The notes beneath the pieces are model-generated. The model searched no databases and was not told where the DNA came from. It saw only the letters and a list, made by a program, of their open reading frames with translations. Positions 1-10,332 of a stretch of DNA of 33,893 nucleotides are shown piece after piece (position 1 is the first letter of the stretch; the number at the start of each line of letters is the position of its first letter). Source of the DNA: Parvularia atlantis. Its lineage: Eukaryota. The translations under genes and the position numbers were made by a program. The stretch spans positions 1 to 33,893 of the forward strand of contig CALSCO010000277.1 in the NCBI GenBank assembly GCA_943704415.1, read 5' to 3'.

Positions 1-1111
1 CCCCCAAGGCGACACCGACAGCACCAACGGCAAGGGCGCGGTCAAGCTGACCGACCTGACGCAGGACGACCAGCTGGACGACTACAACGTGCGCGTCGCG
101 CGTGTGCTCGCTGCACGCGGTGCGCTGACGGGTGCGTGGCAGTACGACATCAGCGTCAACGAGGGCAGCAACGAGCGCAAGGCCTTCACCGACGTGATCA
201 AGAAGGCGCTGCTGCCGGCCGTGCGCGGCAAGCTGGCCGAGCTCAATGCGGCCATCCTGCAGGGTGCGCGCACGCGTGCTGCATGCTTTGTGCCGCGCTG
301 TCTGACCGGTGTGGCTGTGCGCAGAGTACGGGCAAAAGGTCGTGCTGCCGACCAAGGAGCAGATCGCCGCGGCCGAGAAGGTGCGTACACACTCTCACAC
401 GGCCCCGTGAGCCTCACACGCTCTTGCACGGCAGGCGCAGGCGGAGAAGCACGCCGCGGCCGCGGCCGCCGCGCCGCAGCAGCAGGAGCAGGCTAAGGCG
501 GCCAAGACGTCGAGTGCGTCGTCATCGTCCGTGCGCACGAAGACGCTGCGCATGGAGGTCGACTTCCTGGCCGCGTGCGTGCTGCGCGCCTGCACCTCAG
601 CGCGCCTGTGGCTGACAACTGGGTGCTGGCGTGTAGCGCTGACGACCTCTACGACGCCCTCATGAACGTGCAGCGTGTGCAGATCTGGACGCAGGCGCAG
701 GCGCGCATCTCGCCCGAGGCCGGCGGCGAGCTCTCGCTGTTTGGCGGCAGCATCACGGGCACGACGCTCGAGGCGGTGCGTGCGGGCGCCGCCTCTGTAC
801 GCACCAAGCTGAGGCGCGCGCAACCAGGTCCGCGGCACCAAGATCAAGCAGAAGTGGCGCCTGTCGCAGTGGCCGTCGGGTGCGCTCGCTTGAGCGTCCG
901 CATGCATTGCCCCGTGCTGACCGTCGCCGGCGCAGGCCACCTGTCGACCGTGACGATGACGTTTGAGCAGGGCTCGTCGTCGACGCTGCTCAAGCTGATC
1001 CAAGAGGGCGTGCCCGAGGACCAGTTCGAGGCGACGGAGCAGAACTGGACGCGCTACTACTTTGATCGGATGAAAGGCGTCTTTGGCTGGGGCGTGCTGT
1101 CGGGCCTGTGA
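1..1111 (+). CDS. AHA1: Activator of Hsp90 ATPase 1 (5' truncated, 6 introns)
   Basis: Spliced exons give ...ADDLYDALMNVQRVQIWTQ..GGELSLFGGSITG..KIKQKWRLSQWPSGHLSTVTMTFEQ..LKLIQEGVPEDQFEATEQNWTRYYFDRMKGVFG, the AHSA1 C-terminal START-like domain. Stop TGA at 1109-1111. Confidence 0.92.
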
Positions 1112-1160
1112 CGGCATGCGCGTTTGGTAGGCAAAAAGCAGCACGCAAAGGAACGAAACG

Positions 1161-2688
1161 TCAGATGTGCCGCAGCAGCTGCGCTGGCGGCAGCCCCTCG
1201 AACGCGATGCGGTAGATGGCCGTGAACAGCGGGAAGCTGCCGTAGCGCGCGGTCAGCACCACTCGCGCGGGCCTCGCGTGGTCGCCGCGACGCACTCGTT
1301 CATCTTGCCCTTCTGCTGCAGGAACGTATACACCTCCTCGGCCGTGCCCACACCCTGCAGCTTCTGCCCGCGCAGCATCTCGGCCTCGAGCTGCTGGAAC
1401 GTCTGATCGCGCGCGCGGCGGTCGTGAGCGCCATCGCCACATCGCTCGAGCAGGCCGCGCTGCCACCTTGCCGGCCTTGACAAAGGCGCGCGAGACGCGG
1501 TAGTTGCGGCCATTGTAGCACGTCGTGATCAGGTCACCCACGCCGCAGCTCTCGAGGAACGTGCGCTCTGCGCGCGCGGCGCGGGCTCAGGCCGCCGTGG
1601 GCGCACAACGCCGCGCGCTCACACCCTTGATGCCGCCGTAGAACGTCTCGGCAAACTTCTTCATTTCCATCAGGCCGATGCGCATCACGGCGGCCTTCGT
1701 GTTGCCGCCCAGCCTGCGCGCGTAAGACGACTGTGAGCCGCAGCTGGAAGCAGTGCGCGGTGTGGCGCACTCGAGGCCGTCGACAAAGCCCGCGCCAAGC
1801 GCGACAACGTTCTTGAGCGCGCCGCACAGCTCTGGCCCGGCCACGTCCTCGACCACGCTCACGCGGAAGTAGTCGCGGTGGAAGAGCTTGCGGAAGAGCT
1901 CGCCTGTCTCGGCGTCGCTCGCGCCTGCAGCGGCGTCAGCGGCCGCGTGCTGCCCGCTCACGAGGGCAAGGCGCACCAATCGTCGTCTCGCAGAACTTTT
2001 CCTGCGCGACCTCGTCGGCCACGTTGGCGCCCATGAGCACCGAGACGCTGATGTTGAGGCTGTCGTGGATGATGTCTGAGATGAGCTGCAAGCCATCGCT
2101 CGTGTCGATGCCCTGTCGACACGGCCTCAGCGCTGCGAGCGGGCGCGGCGGGCGGGAGGCACCTTGATGAGCGAGATGGCCTTGGCGCTCGGCGTGAGGC
2201 GGCCCTTGAGCTGGTTCAGCAGGCCCTTGAGGAACTGCGAGCAGAGATAAGCCGGCAGCAGTCGCACGCCGCAGCATGGAGACGCGCGCGCCTGGTGCGG
2301 CACGACAAAGACGAGCACGGTCGCGCCCTCGACCGCCTTGGCGACGTCGGGCACGGCGACGATGTTCTCGGGCAGCTTGATGTCGGGCAGGTACCTTTGG
2401 CGCAGCCGTCAGCATCAAACACGCGAGCGCGAGCGCAATCGCCACAACGACGCACCGCACGTTCTCGTGCGTGAGGTTGATGATCTCGGTCAGCTTGCGG
2501 CCGTTGATGTTCTCCTCGTACACCCACATGTTGACGCGCTCGTCGAAGACGTGGCTGCCGGCCGTGTTCTGCCCGATGATGCGCGCGATGGCCGAGCCCC
2601 TGCGCGCCGCTGAGTTGCTTGCCGCACACACGGCGCGCGCGCACCAGTTGCCCGAGCCGAGGATGCACACACGCTCCTTGCGCACCAT
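1161..2688 (-). CDS. GPD1: NAD-dependent glycerol-3-phosphate dehydrogenase (9 introns; possible upstream exon to 2901/3021)
   Basis: Motifs [99 protein letters not shown] and FPLFTAIY. Confidence 0.96.
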
Positions 2689-2695
2689 CGCCTCG

Positions 2696-2696
<1 letters not shown>

Positions 2697-2759
<63 letters not shown>
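2697..2759. repeat. (CTG/CAG)21 trinucleotide microsatellite, in frame as poly-Ala upstream of the GPD1 core
   Basis: Uninterrupted ctg repeat read directly from the sequence. Confidence 0.97.
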
Positions 2760-2760
<1 letters not shown>

Positions 2761-2940
2761 CGCTGCTGCTGTGCCGGCGGATGCGGCGGCTGTGTGCGGC
2801 TGCAGGATGCTGCGGATGTGGCGGCGCGCGCGCGTCAGAGCTGGAGCGGGCTGCGGCGTCATGCGCGCCAGATCGCTCCCGCACCTCGCCAGCTGCGCCA
2901 TCCGCCGCTGCGCCGCCGCCCCGTCGCCGATCGTGCTGCT

Positions 2941-2995
2941 GCTGCTGCCGCTGTCGAAGCTGCTGCCGCTGTCGAAGCTGCTGCCGTCGAAGCTG
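2941..2995. repeat. 18-bp tandem repeat, about 3 copies (gctgctgccgctgtcgaa)
   Basis: Copies at 2941, 2959 and 2977 (shortened). Reads SSFDSG on the minus strand. Confidence 0.85.
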
Positions 2996-3043
2996 CGCTG
3001 AAGGCAGCTGGACAAGCGCATTCGGCGTCGACGTTCGAAAATC

Positions 3044-3479
3044 ATGACGCGGCTCGTGCAGGTCATGGTGCTGACACGTGACCTGGCGCGCTCGGTCGCG
3101 TTCTTCGGGCCGCCGGGGCTCGGCCTGCGCGTGCTGCGCCGAACCGAGACGTGGGCCGAGCTCGCGCTGCACGACGCTGCTGCCGCGCCGCGGCTCGCGC
3201 TGCGCGTCGCTGACGGGTGCGTGCGAATGCGACGCCGCACACGCCTGATCGCGTCTGTGTTTGCGTCGCAGCGAGGCCGCGCTTAGCACGGGCTACAGCC
3301 CGTTCCTCAACTTCGCCGTGGGCGACTTTGACGGGACGCTGCAGCGCGTGATGGGCCTCGGCGCGACCATGGACGGGCCCGTCAAGCACCCCGTGCACGG
3401 CAAGGTTGCGGCCCTGCGCGCGCCCGACGGGTTCATGATCGGGCTGTACGAGACGCCCGGCGACGCAGCCGATCCATGA
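3044..3479 (+). CDS. VOC / glyoxalase-bleomycin resistance family protein (1 intron)
   Basis: MTRLVQVMVLTRDLARSVAFFG..GLGL..WAEL..YSPFLNFAVGDFDGTLQRVMGLGATMDGPVKHPVHGKVAALRAPDGFMIGLYE, a typical VOC fold pattern. Confidence 0.88.
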
Positions 3480-3509
3480 GCACACAATTGCACGCGCACA
3501 AGCACGCGC

Positions 3510-5061
3510 TCACAGCCGCGCCGGCGAGCGCACGATCACGTGGTTGTGGCTGATGTCTTGCAGGCGCGCGCAGCCTGCAGTGTCGCGTGTGCGTGTGTCA
3601 GGCGACTGACCGCTCGCGCCGCACGAGCCGCTGGCAGCGCACCGGCGAGGGTCATCGCCAGGTGCAGCTCCGTGTTGAGTGTCGCGAGCACGGACGCCAC
3701 GCCCGCCTGGCCCTGGTACACGAGGCCCCACAGCACCGGCCTGCCAATAAAGACCGCGCGGGCGCCGAGCGCGAGCGCCTTGAAGACAGACGTGCCTCTG
3801 CGCCGCGGTCACGCACCGCGGCGAGCGACAGGCGCCGGCGCACCGCCGCACGCCGCCGTCGACGTAGACCTCGACGCGCCCGTTGACCGCCGCGACGATC
3901 TCCGGCAGCATGTCAATCGACGCGAGCACGCCGTCCAGCTGACGCGCTGTCAGGGCCGCGTGAGCAGGCACACGAGCAAACAAATGGGCGGCGCACCGGC
4001 GTGGTTCGACACCCACACGGCGTCGACGCGGTGCTCGACAGCCAGCAGCGCGTCCTCGGCCGTCTGCACGCCCTTGACGACGATGGGCAGCTTGGTGAGC
4101 GAGCGCAGCCACGCGATGTCCTTCCACGTCAGGTTGCGGTCGATCTGACCCGCGACGTACGCCGCCAGGCCCGACTCCTGCAGCTTGTGTTAGGTGTGCG
4201 CAGCGGCCTAGCGTGCGGGCTTTCCTTGGCGCCGCCCGTGAACTTTTGCTTGTTCGCGTCGCCGACAAAGTTGGCCATGACGAGGTGCGGCGGCAGCGAG
4301 AAGCCGTTGCGCACGTCGTCTTCCTGCCGTCCGCGCGCGCGCGTCCGTCTTAGGCGCGGCGATCATTGTGCAGCAGCCGCACGCACGCGGCGCCCGAGCA
4401 TCGGCGCGTCGACTGTCAGCACGAGCGCCTTGTAGCCGGCGGCCTCGGCGCGGCGCACGACCGACGCCGTCAGCTCGCGGTCCTTGTACACGTACAGCTG
4501 CCGCGCGCGCGCGCCATGTTGAGCGCTGGCATGCGCGTCGCTGATCGGCGCACCTGGAACCAGCGCAGCCCGGCGGGCGCGGCCGCGGCGACGTCCTCGA
4601 GGCTCGTCGTGGCCCACGAGCTGAGCGTCATGAGCGTGCCGGCCTCGGCGCAGGCGCGCGCCGTCGCGAGCTCGCCGTCCGGGTGGGCCATGCGCTGCAT
4701 CGCGGTCGGCGCGACGAGCACGGGCGACGCGACCTGCACGCTGCGCCGTCAGCCGCCGCCCGCCCTCCAGGACGCGGCATCGCGCGCACCGGCAGGCCCA
4801 GCACGGTCGTGCGCACGTCGATCTCGGCCACGGGGCGCAGCACGCGCGGGCGCAGGCGGATGCGCACGAACGCATCGAGGTTGTCCTGGAGTGTCTGCTG
4901 ATCGCACGCGCCTGCGCCGTCCGCGCGTTAGCCCGGCCGATCGCGAGCCGTAACGCGCAAGAGCGCACGCACGCACCCGACGCGTAGTAGTCGTAGACGT
5001 ACTTGGGCAAGTGCTTCTTGGCGTGCGCCTCGAGGTCCCACAGATTGACGAGCGCGCTCAT
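3510..5061 (-). CDS. HAO1: Peroxisomal FMN-dependent (S)-2-hydroxy-acid (glycolate) oxidase, 8 introns
   Basis: [87 protein letters not shown]. The C-terminal -ARL is a PTS1. Confidence 0.96.
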
Positions 5062-5108
5062 CCTCGCCGCTATGTACACGCACTTGTGCAATCCGCCACG
5101 TCTGTCGC
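5062..5108. promoter_or_regulatory. 47-bp divergent intergenic region, putative bidirectional promoter
   Basis: Lies between the HAO ATG (5061, -) and the first plausible EngB ATG (5109, +). Promoter function is inferred. Confidence 0.5.
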
Positions 5109-6632
5109 ATGGCTGTGCGGCAGCGGATGCGCGCCGTGATTGTGGCGCCGAAGCTGCTCGAGCGCATCGCGGCCGACGGGCTCGGCCTGCAGCGCCGTCC
5201 CGGTGCGCGCCGTGCGCCCGTGTGCGTCACGTGGTGACAGATCGCTGACGGACGGACGCCCGCCAGCGCGCCACAACCGCCGCGACATCGTCGTGCAGCC
5301 GATGTCGCCCAACGACAGGGCGCAGGCCGCCGTGCGTCGCCGTCTCTCGTCCGCCTCGTCTCGCGCACACACTGACGATGCGCAGGAGTTCCGCCGCGGC
5401 TTCCGCTTCGTGGCCGGCGCGACCTCGTTCGAGTCGATCCCGGCGTTGACGCAGCCGCAGATCGCCTTTGTCGGTGCGCCGTCGCGCCGTCTAGATCGCA
5501 GGGCGCGCGGCGGCTCACGGCGCCGCGACGCAGGCCGCTCCAACGTCGGCAAGTCGTCGCTGATCAACGCGCTCGCCCAGTCGACCGTCGTGCGCGTGTC
5601 CAAGACGCCCGGCCTCACGCGCCAGCTCAACTTCTATGAGATGGGCAAGATGGGCGTGGCGGTCGACATGCCCGGTTACGGCTTTGCCTTTGCCAAGCAG
5701 GAGGACAAAGAGCGCTGGCAGACGCTGGTGCGGTGTGCTGACTGCCGCAGGCGTGTCTCACAGCTCGCTTCGCGCGCAGATCTACGACTACCTTGAGAAG
5801 AGCCCGCGGCTGCGCCGGCTGTTTGTGCTGCTCGACTCGCGCCACGGTGCGCCGCGCGCCCCACCGGCCCCGTTGCGCAGCGCTGAGCATCGCGTCGGCG
5901 ACACGCGCAGGCATCAAGGTGATCGACCGCCAGTTCATGCAGAAGCTGGAGCAGACCAAGGTCAGATACCAGGTCGTGCTGACCAAGGCCGACCTCGTGC
6001 GCCCGATGGACCTCGCCAGGCGCTACACGATCGTGCGCGACGTGCGTCTGCGGGCAGGCGGGCTTCGCGGGTGGACACTAACGCGCGTAAGGGCGCAGGA
6101 GCTCAAGACGCTGCCGTACTGCGTGAGCGACGTGCTCATGATCTCGTCGCACACGCGCGCGGGCCTGCCCAAACTGCGCCGCGTGATCCGCCAGGTGCTG
6201 CAGCCGACGTGGCGCGCACCCGCGGAGGAACCCGAGCCGCCGGCGCGTGCGTACCCGTTGCCCACGGCGATCATCCGCGAGCCCAGGTCCCAGACGCCCC
6301 GCGTGCGCCCGCCGAGTCGCGCGCTCGGCCGGCCAGCGAAGAAGGTTCAGCGAAGCCGTCCACCCAAGCCCGCCGAGAGGTCGCCTGCCCGGCCGTCCAA
6401 GCCTGCGGACAGACCGCCCAAGCCCGCCGACCGGTCGCGCAGCCGCCCGCCCAAGCTCGCGCGGATGAGCCGCTCGCCCAAGGCGGACCCGCGCGGCCGG
6501 CCGACGAGGAAGGACGACGGCGCGCGTGGTCGGGCGCGTAGCCGGCGGTCGAAGCAAGCCCAGACGCGCGGCGGTCCACGCAAGGACGGGCCGTCGTGGA
6601 AGTCGACGCTGCGCGCGCTCGACGCGATCTGA
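5109..6632 (+). CDS. EngB/YihA/YsxC family GTPase (GTPBP8-like), 6 introns, basic low-complexity tail
   Basis: G1 [19 protein letters not shown]2 [15 protein letters not shown]3 [17 protein letters not shown]4 VLTKAD, ISS. Confidence 0.93.
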
Positions 6633-6729
6633 TACGGGCGCCCCTCAATAGCTCCACCTTCTGTTCCTTCTGACGCGAGACACAAAACGAACAACGCAAC
6701 AAGCAAAGGCCCTCAGCCCGCGCGCGCGC

Positions 6730-8325
6730 TCACATGAACCTGCATGCGCGGGGGTAGTTAGTATCGTCGCGCACAGACGACGCGCCCGCACGCACTCGAC
6801 GTAGGACTGCGGGAAGATGCCCTTCTGGCCCGTGAGCGTCTTGCCCTCCATCCACCCGTCGCCCACGTCCGGGTTGGTCACGAGCAGGATGTCGCCGGCC
6901 TGCATGCGCGCGGAGCGTGAGCGTGTCGTGTGCACCCTCAGGCACGGCCGCCGCACCGCGATCGAGATCTCCTCGTCCGTCTGCGCCGCGTAGTCGTACA
7001 TCACCTGGACCGACGGCAGATCCTCGCTGCGTGTCCGCGAGCGTGTGAGACCGAGTGCGCAAGAGTGCCGTGCACGCACTCCTGCGCCTGCTGGTCCGCG
7101 CCGGCTGGCGGCGGCGGTGGCGGCGGCGGCCGGGAGTCTGCACAGGCACACGTGAGCCACACAAACCAAAGCAAGCAAGGGCGCGCGCACCGGCGTAAAA
7201 GTTGCTGGGCATGCTGTCGATCGTCGGCACCGAGTAGCTAGCGCCCTGCTCACGCGCGCACCACCGCGCGTCAGACCGTGCGCAACAACAACGGAGGGCA
7301 CAGGCGCGCACCGGGCCCACCGACGCGGTCGAGCCCTTGCTGGCAAGGCGGTTCTTGAACGCAAGCACGGACGAGCCCGTGTTGGTGCGCCCGCGCATGT
7401 CGTCTGCGCGCGCTCGTGCATCAGCGGCTGCATCGGGCAGCGCGGGCCGCGGCACACCCATCGGGTCCATCGGCATCGGCGTCGTCGGGAGGGGCTGGCG
7501 CGAGACAGGCGCGGCGCCGATCGGGTTGGCGACCTGCGCCGGGCGGCCGTCGGTGCGACCGAGGCCGACGTCTGCGTCACGCCCGCGCTGAGCTCCCGCG
7601 CGCCGCAGCAGGCGGCGGGCGCGCCGCACGCACGGTCGAGCGCGTAGAGATCGATGCCCTGCTGCGAGTGGTCGGCGATCGCCAACTGCGGCTCGTTGAG
7701 CTTGACGGCGCGCGAGCGGAAGGCCGTGGACGGGACGACGTTTATGTCGCCGATGGCCTTGCGGCCGACAAACTCGTGGCTGGCGGCGATTTGCTGCAAG
7801 CGGGCGATGAGACGGCGCCAGGTTGATGATATCGGGACGATAACGGCGCACCTGCGACATGGCGCGGACGTCGGCCAGGTGGCCCTCGAGCTCGCCCACC
7901 TGCAGCTCCATCAGCTGGTTGATGCTCTGGGCGAGCACGTTGACCTGGTACGCGACCGAGGCGAGGGCCTGGAAGGCGTACTGTGCGCGCGTGCGGCGTT
8001 GAGCAGTAAGCGCGGAAGCAGGAGCAGCAGTGCGCGCGGCACCTGCTTCGTGTCCTCCAGCGCCTTCTTCTTGTCGACGGCCTTGTCGTTCATGTCCTTC
8101 ACGTCCACCGCGAGCTTGGCCAGCGTGCGGCTGCTGTCCTGCAGCGCCTGCCCCGCCGCGCCGTTGTTTTGTTATTGTTCGCTTGAGCGGGATGTCGCCT
8201 TTGCCGCCCTCCACCGTCCCACCGCAGCGCCGCTCCAGCCACCACCCAGCGCAGCCCTCGCAGCCAGCACGCACCTTGAGCGCGTCGGGCAGCGCGCGAC
8301 CGCCGAGTTCCTCCAGCGTGGCCAT
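6730..8325 (-). CDS. ABI1: Abl interactor (WAVE complex subunit) with C-terminal SH3, about 10 introns
   Basis: ALQDSSRTLAKLA..ALEDTKQYAFQALASVAYQVNVLA (Abi N-terminus), a poly-Pro tract, and an SH3 domain VMYDYAAQTDEEISIAAGDIL..GWMEG..GIFPQSYVE. Confidence 0.92.
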   Translation of the reverse strand: MATLEELGGRALPDALKVRAGCEGCAGWWLERRCGGTVEGGKGDIPLKRTITKQRRGGAGAAGQQPHAGQARGGREGHERQGRRQEEGAGGHEAGAARTAAPASALTAQRRTRAQYAFQALASVAYQVNVLAQSINQLMELQVGELEGHLADVRAMSQVRRYRPDIINLAPSHRPLAANRRQPRVCRPQGHRRHKRRPVHGLPLARRQAQRAAVGDRRPLAAGHRSLRARPCVRRARRLLRRAGAQRGRDADVGLGRTDGRPAQVANPIGAAPVSRQPLPTTPMPMDPMGVPRPALPDAAADARARADDMRGRTNTGSSVLAFKNRLASKGSTASVGPVRACALRCCCARSDARWCAREQGASYSVPTIDSMPSNFYAGARALACFGLCGSRVPVQTPGRRRHRRRQPARTSRRRSACTALLRTRSHTLADTQRGSAVGPGDVRLRGADGRGDLDRGAAAVPEGAHDTLTLRAHAGRRHPARDQPGRGRRVDGGQDAHGPEGHLPAVLRRVRAGASSVRDDTNYPRACRFM

Positions 8326-8773
8326 CCTTGTGCGCGTTTGATGCGAGAGGCGGCTGCACAGCAAAAGAAAGCGTGGCGTGGCGTGGCGCCGTGTCAGTCG
8401 TCGAGCGCACGGGCGAGTGAGCACGGGCGCCAGCGGTGGGAGCAGGGGCAGGTGGTGCGTGCGCGCGCGCGCGCGCGCGGGGAGGGAGGGTCGCAGCCAA
8501 CGCGCAAAGGCAGAGAGGCGGCCGCCAGAGGACGACGGCCATGACTGTCGCCTGGCTGCGTTTGATCAGTTTGCGCCGCATCCCGCCCCACTCGCCTCTC
8601 GCCTCCTTTGCGCGGACGGGCGGGCGCATGAGTGCGTGGGAGCGCACCCCGCAGCGCCGCATCGCGCCCCTGCGTGCGCGGCCGGTGTCGATGGGCAGTC
8701 TGCGCCGCGGACAGTGCGCGGTGGCATCCGCAAGCACGCGCCAACATCCGCGCGCACTTCCTCGCGCCGCCGT

Positions 8774-10275
8774 ATGCCGCCCGCCAAGCCGCGCCGCACC
8801 GCCGCGTCGCTGCTGGCCGCGGCCGTGCTGGCCGCCGGGATGGTCGCCGCGCTCGTCTTGCTCTTCGCCGCCACCGTCGGGCGCGCGCCGCACGGTGACC
8901 GCGCCGCATCGCGCTTCGCCCGCCTCGGCATGGTCCCCGGCGCCTGGAACGAGGGCTGGAACGGATGGGCGCTCGGGATGGACCCGGCGCGGCCGCCCCC
9001 GTCGCCGTCGCCGTCGCCATCGGCCGCATCGGCCGCGCACGGAACGTCGCTCGCCGCGTACTGCATCGCCGTGCTCGACGTCGACATCGTGCCGTCCGTC
9101 GTGAGCCTCGTCGAGACGCTGCGGCCGTCCGGCAGTGTGCGCCGCGCCCTCTCCGTCGTCATCTGCACGGCGCGCTCACTGCTCCGCCGCAGCTGCTCGT
9201 CGTCCAGGTGTTTGCCGACGTGCCCGACGACACTGCGCGCTTCATGCTGCGGGCCCTGCGCACGTTCGCGCTCGGGCACCAGCGCGTCGTCGTGCAGCGT
9301 GTCCCGCGGCGGTCGGTCATGGACCCGGTGTGCCGCCGCCGCCGCCGCCGTCGCCGCTCGTGGACGCGCATGCTGACCGCGTGCGCAGGTCACGGCCGAC
9401 ATCATGTGCATCCGCACGGCGCTCGAGGAACCGTCGTGGCGCTACGTCGTGAGGCTGTCGGCCGACACATTCCCTCTCGTGCGTGATTGCTGCACGCAAT
9501 GCATGCTGCTGATGTGCCGCCGCCGCAGGTCGACAATGCGGCCATCCAGACGCACCTGCGCGACGCCGAGCCGACGTCGTTCATCGACATCGTCGGCAAC
9601 TTTAGCGGCAATATTCCCTGGTGCGCGCCCGGCCGCGAGCGGACGACGGGCTGACGGAATGGATGGCAGGCGCGAGCACCTTGCGTCGACGACGATGCAC
9701 TGCCTCACGGACGCGTGCACCGAGGTCGAGGGCGCGCCCAGCGGCAGCATGGTCTACTTTGGCCTGCCAACGGTGCGCCTGCAGCCTAGCTACTGCGTTG
9801 CGTGCTCACACGCGTGCGCGGGCAACGGCAGTTCCAGCTGCACCGCTCGCTGTGTGCGCACCTCGTGAACACGTCGCAGGACGAGTGGGAGGCGGCCTTT
9901 GTTCAGACGCGCCGGCCAGGTGCGTTGTGCGCTGCGTGTGCATGCCGTCCGGCCTGACGCGCGCACAGCCGTCGCGTACCTGCCGACGGTCGTCATGCAC
10001 GCGGCAAAGACGTTCCCGGTCCAGCAGCGCAGCCTCACGTACTCGACGCAAACGCTGCCCGACGTGACGTGCGTCCGGCGCCTACAGTTTGCTCGCTGGC
10101 GGTGTACTGAGACGCACGCGCACGGTGCAGCGCCCAGGTACTCGGCCCGGCCGACCTGCCGCCGGCCAACGCGTCGTTCCTGTTTGCGAAGCGCTTCGCC
10201 GCGCCGCCGTGCTTCCTCGCGCACGTACACTGCGACCTCACGCCACCCGTGCTGTTCGAGCCCGGGGAGGCGTGA
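8774..10275 (+). CDS. Type II membrane protein, divergent core-2/I-branching glycosyltransferase (GT14)-like, 7 introns
   Basis: N-terminal TM helix and Pro/Ser stem, then WRYVVRLSADTFPL (cf. W.Y.INLSG.DFPL) and FLFAKRF (cf. LFARKF). Seven canonical introns join the exons in frame. Confidence 0.65.
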
Positions 10276-10332
10276 CGGCGTGCGCAAATCCAGTAAGCAA
10301 TCTGTGAAAAACAAGTACATCGGCAGCATGAA

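Noticed and set aside
1100..1163. Stop-codon readthrough giving a cryptic PTS1 on GPD1
   Set aside because: The context is TGA CGT rather than TGA CTA, and no nearby SKL-like end appears in the extension.
2941..2995. Direct repeats as a CRISPR-like array
   Set aside because: They are head-to-tail 18-mers with no spacers, there are no cas genes, and the context is eukaryotic.
3780..4010. HAO motif deviations ([17 protein letters not shown]) suggesting a pseudogene
   Set aside because: The catalytic His and Arg, the reading frame and the PTS1 are intact. The substitutions are minor.
8455..8480. (GC)n run in the ABI/GT14 divergent region as a Z-DNA regulatory element
   Set aside because: Similar CG runs occur throughout the introns of this GC-rich sequence, so there is no specific support.
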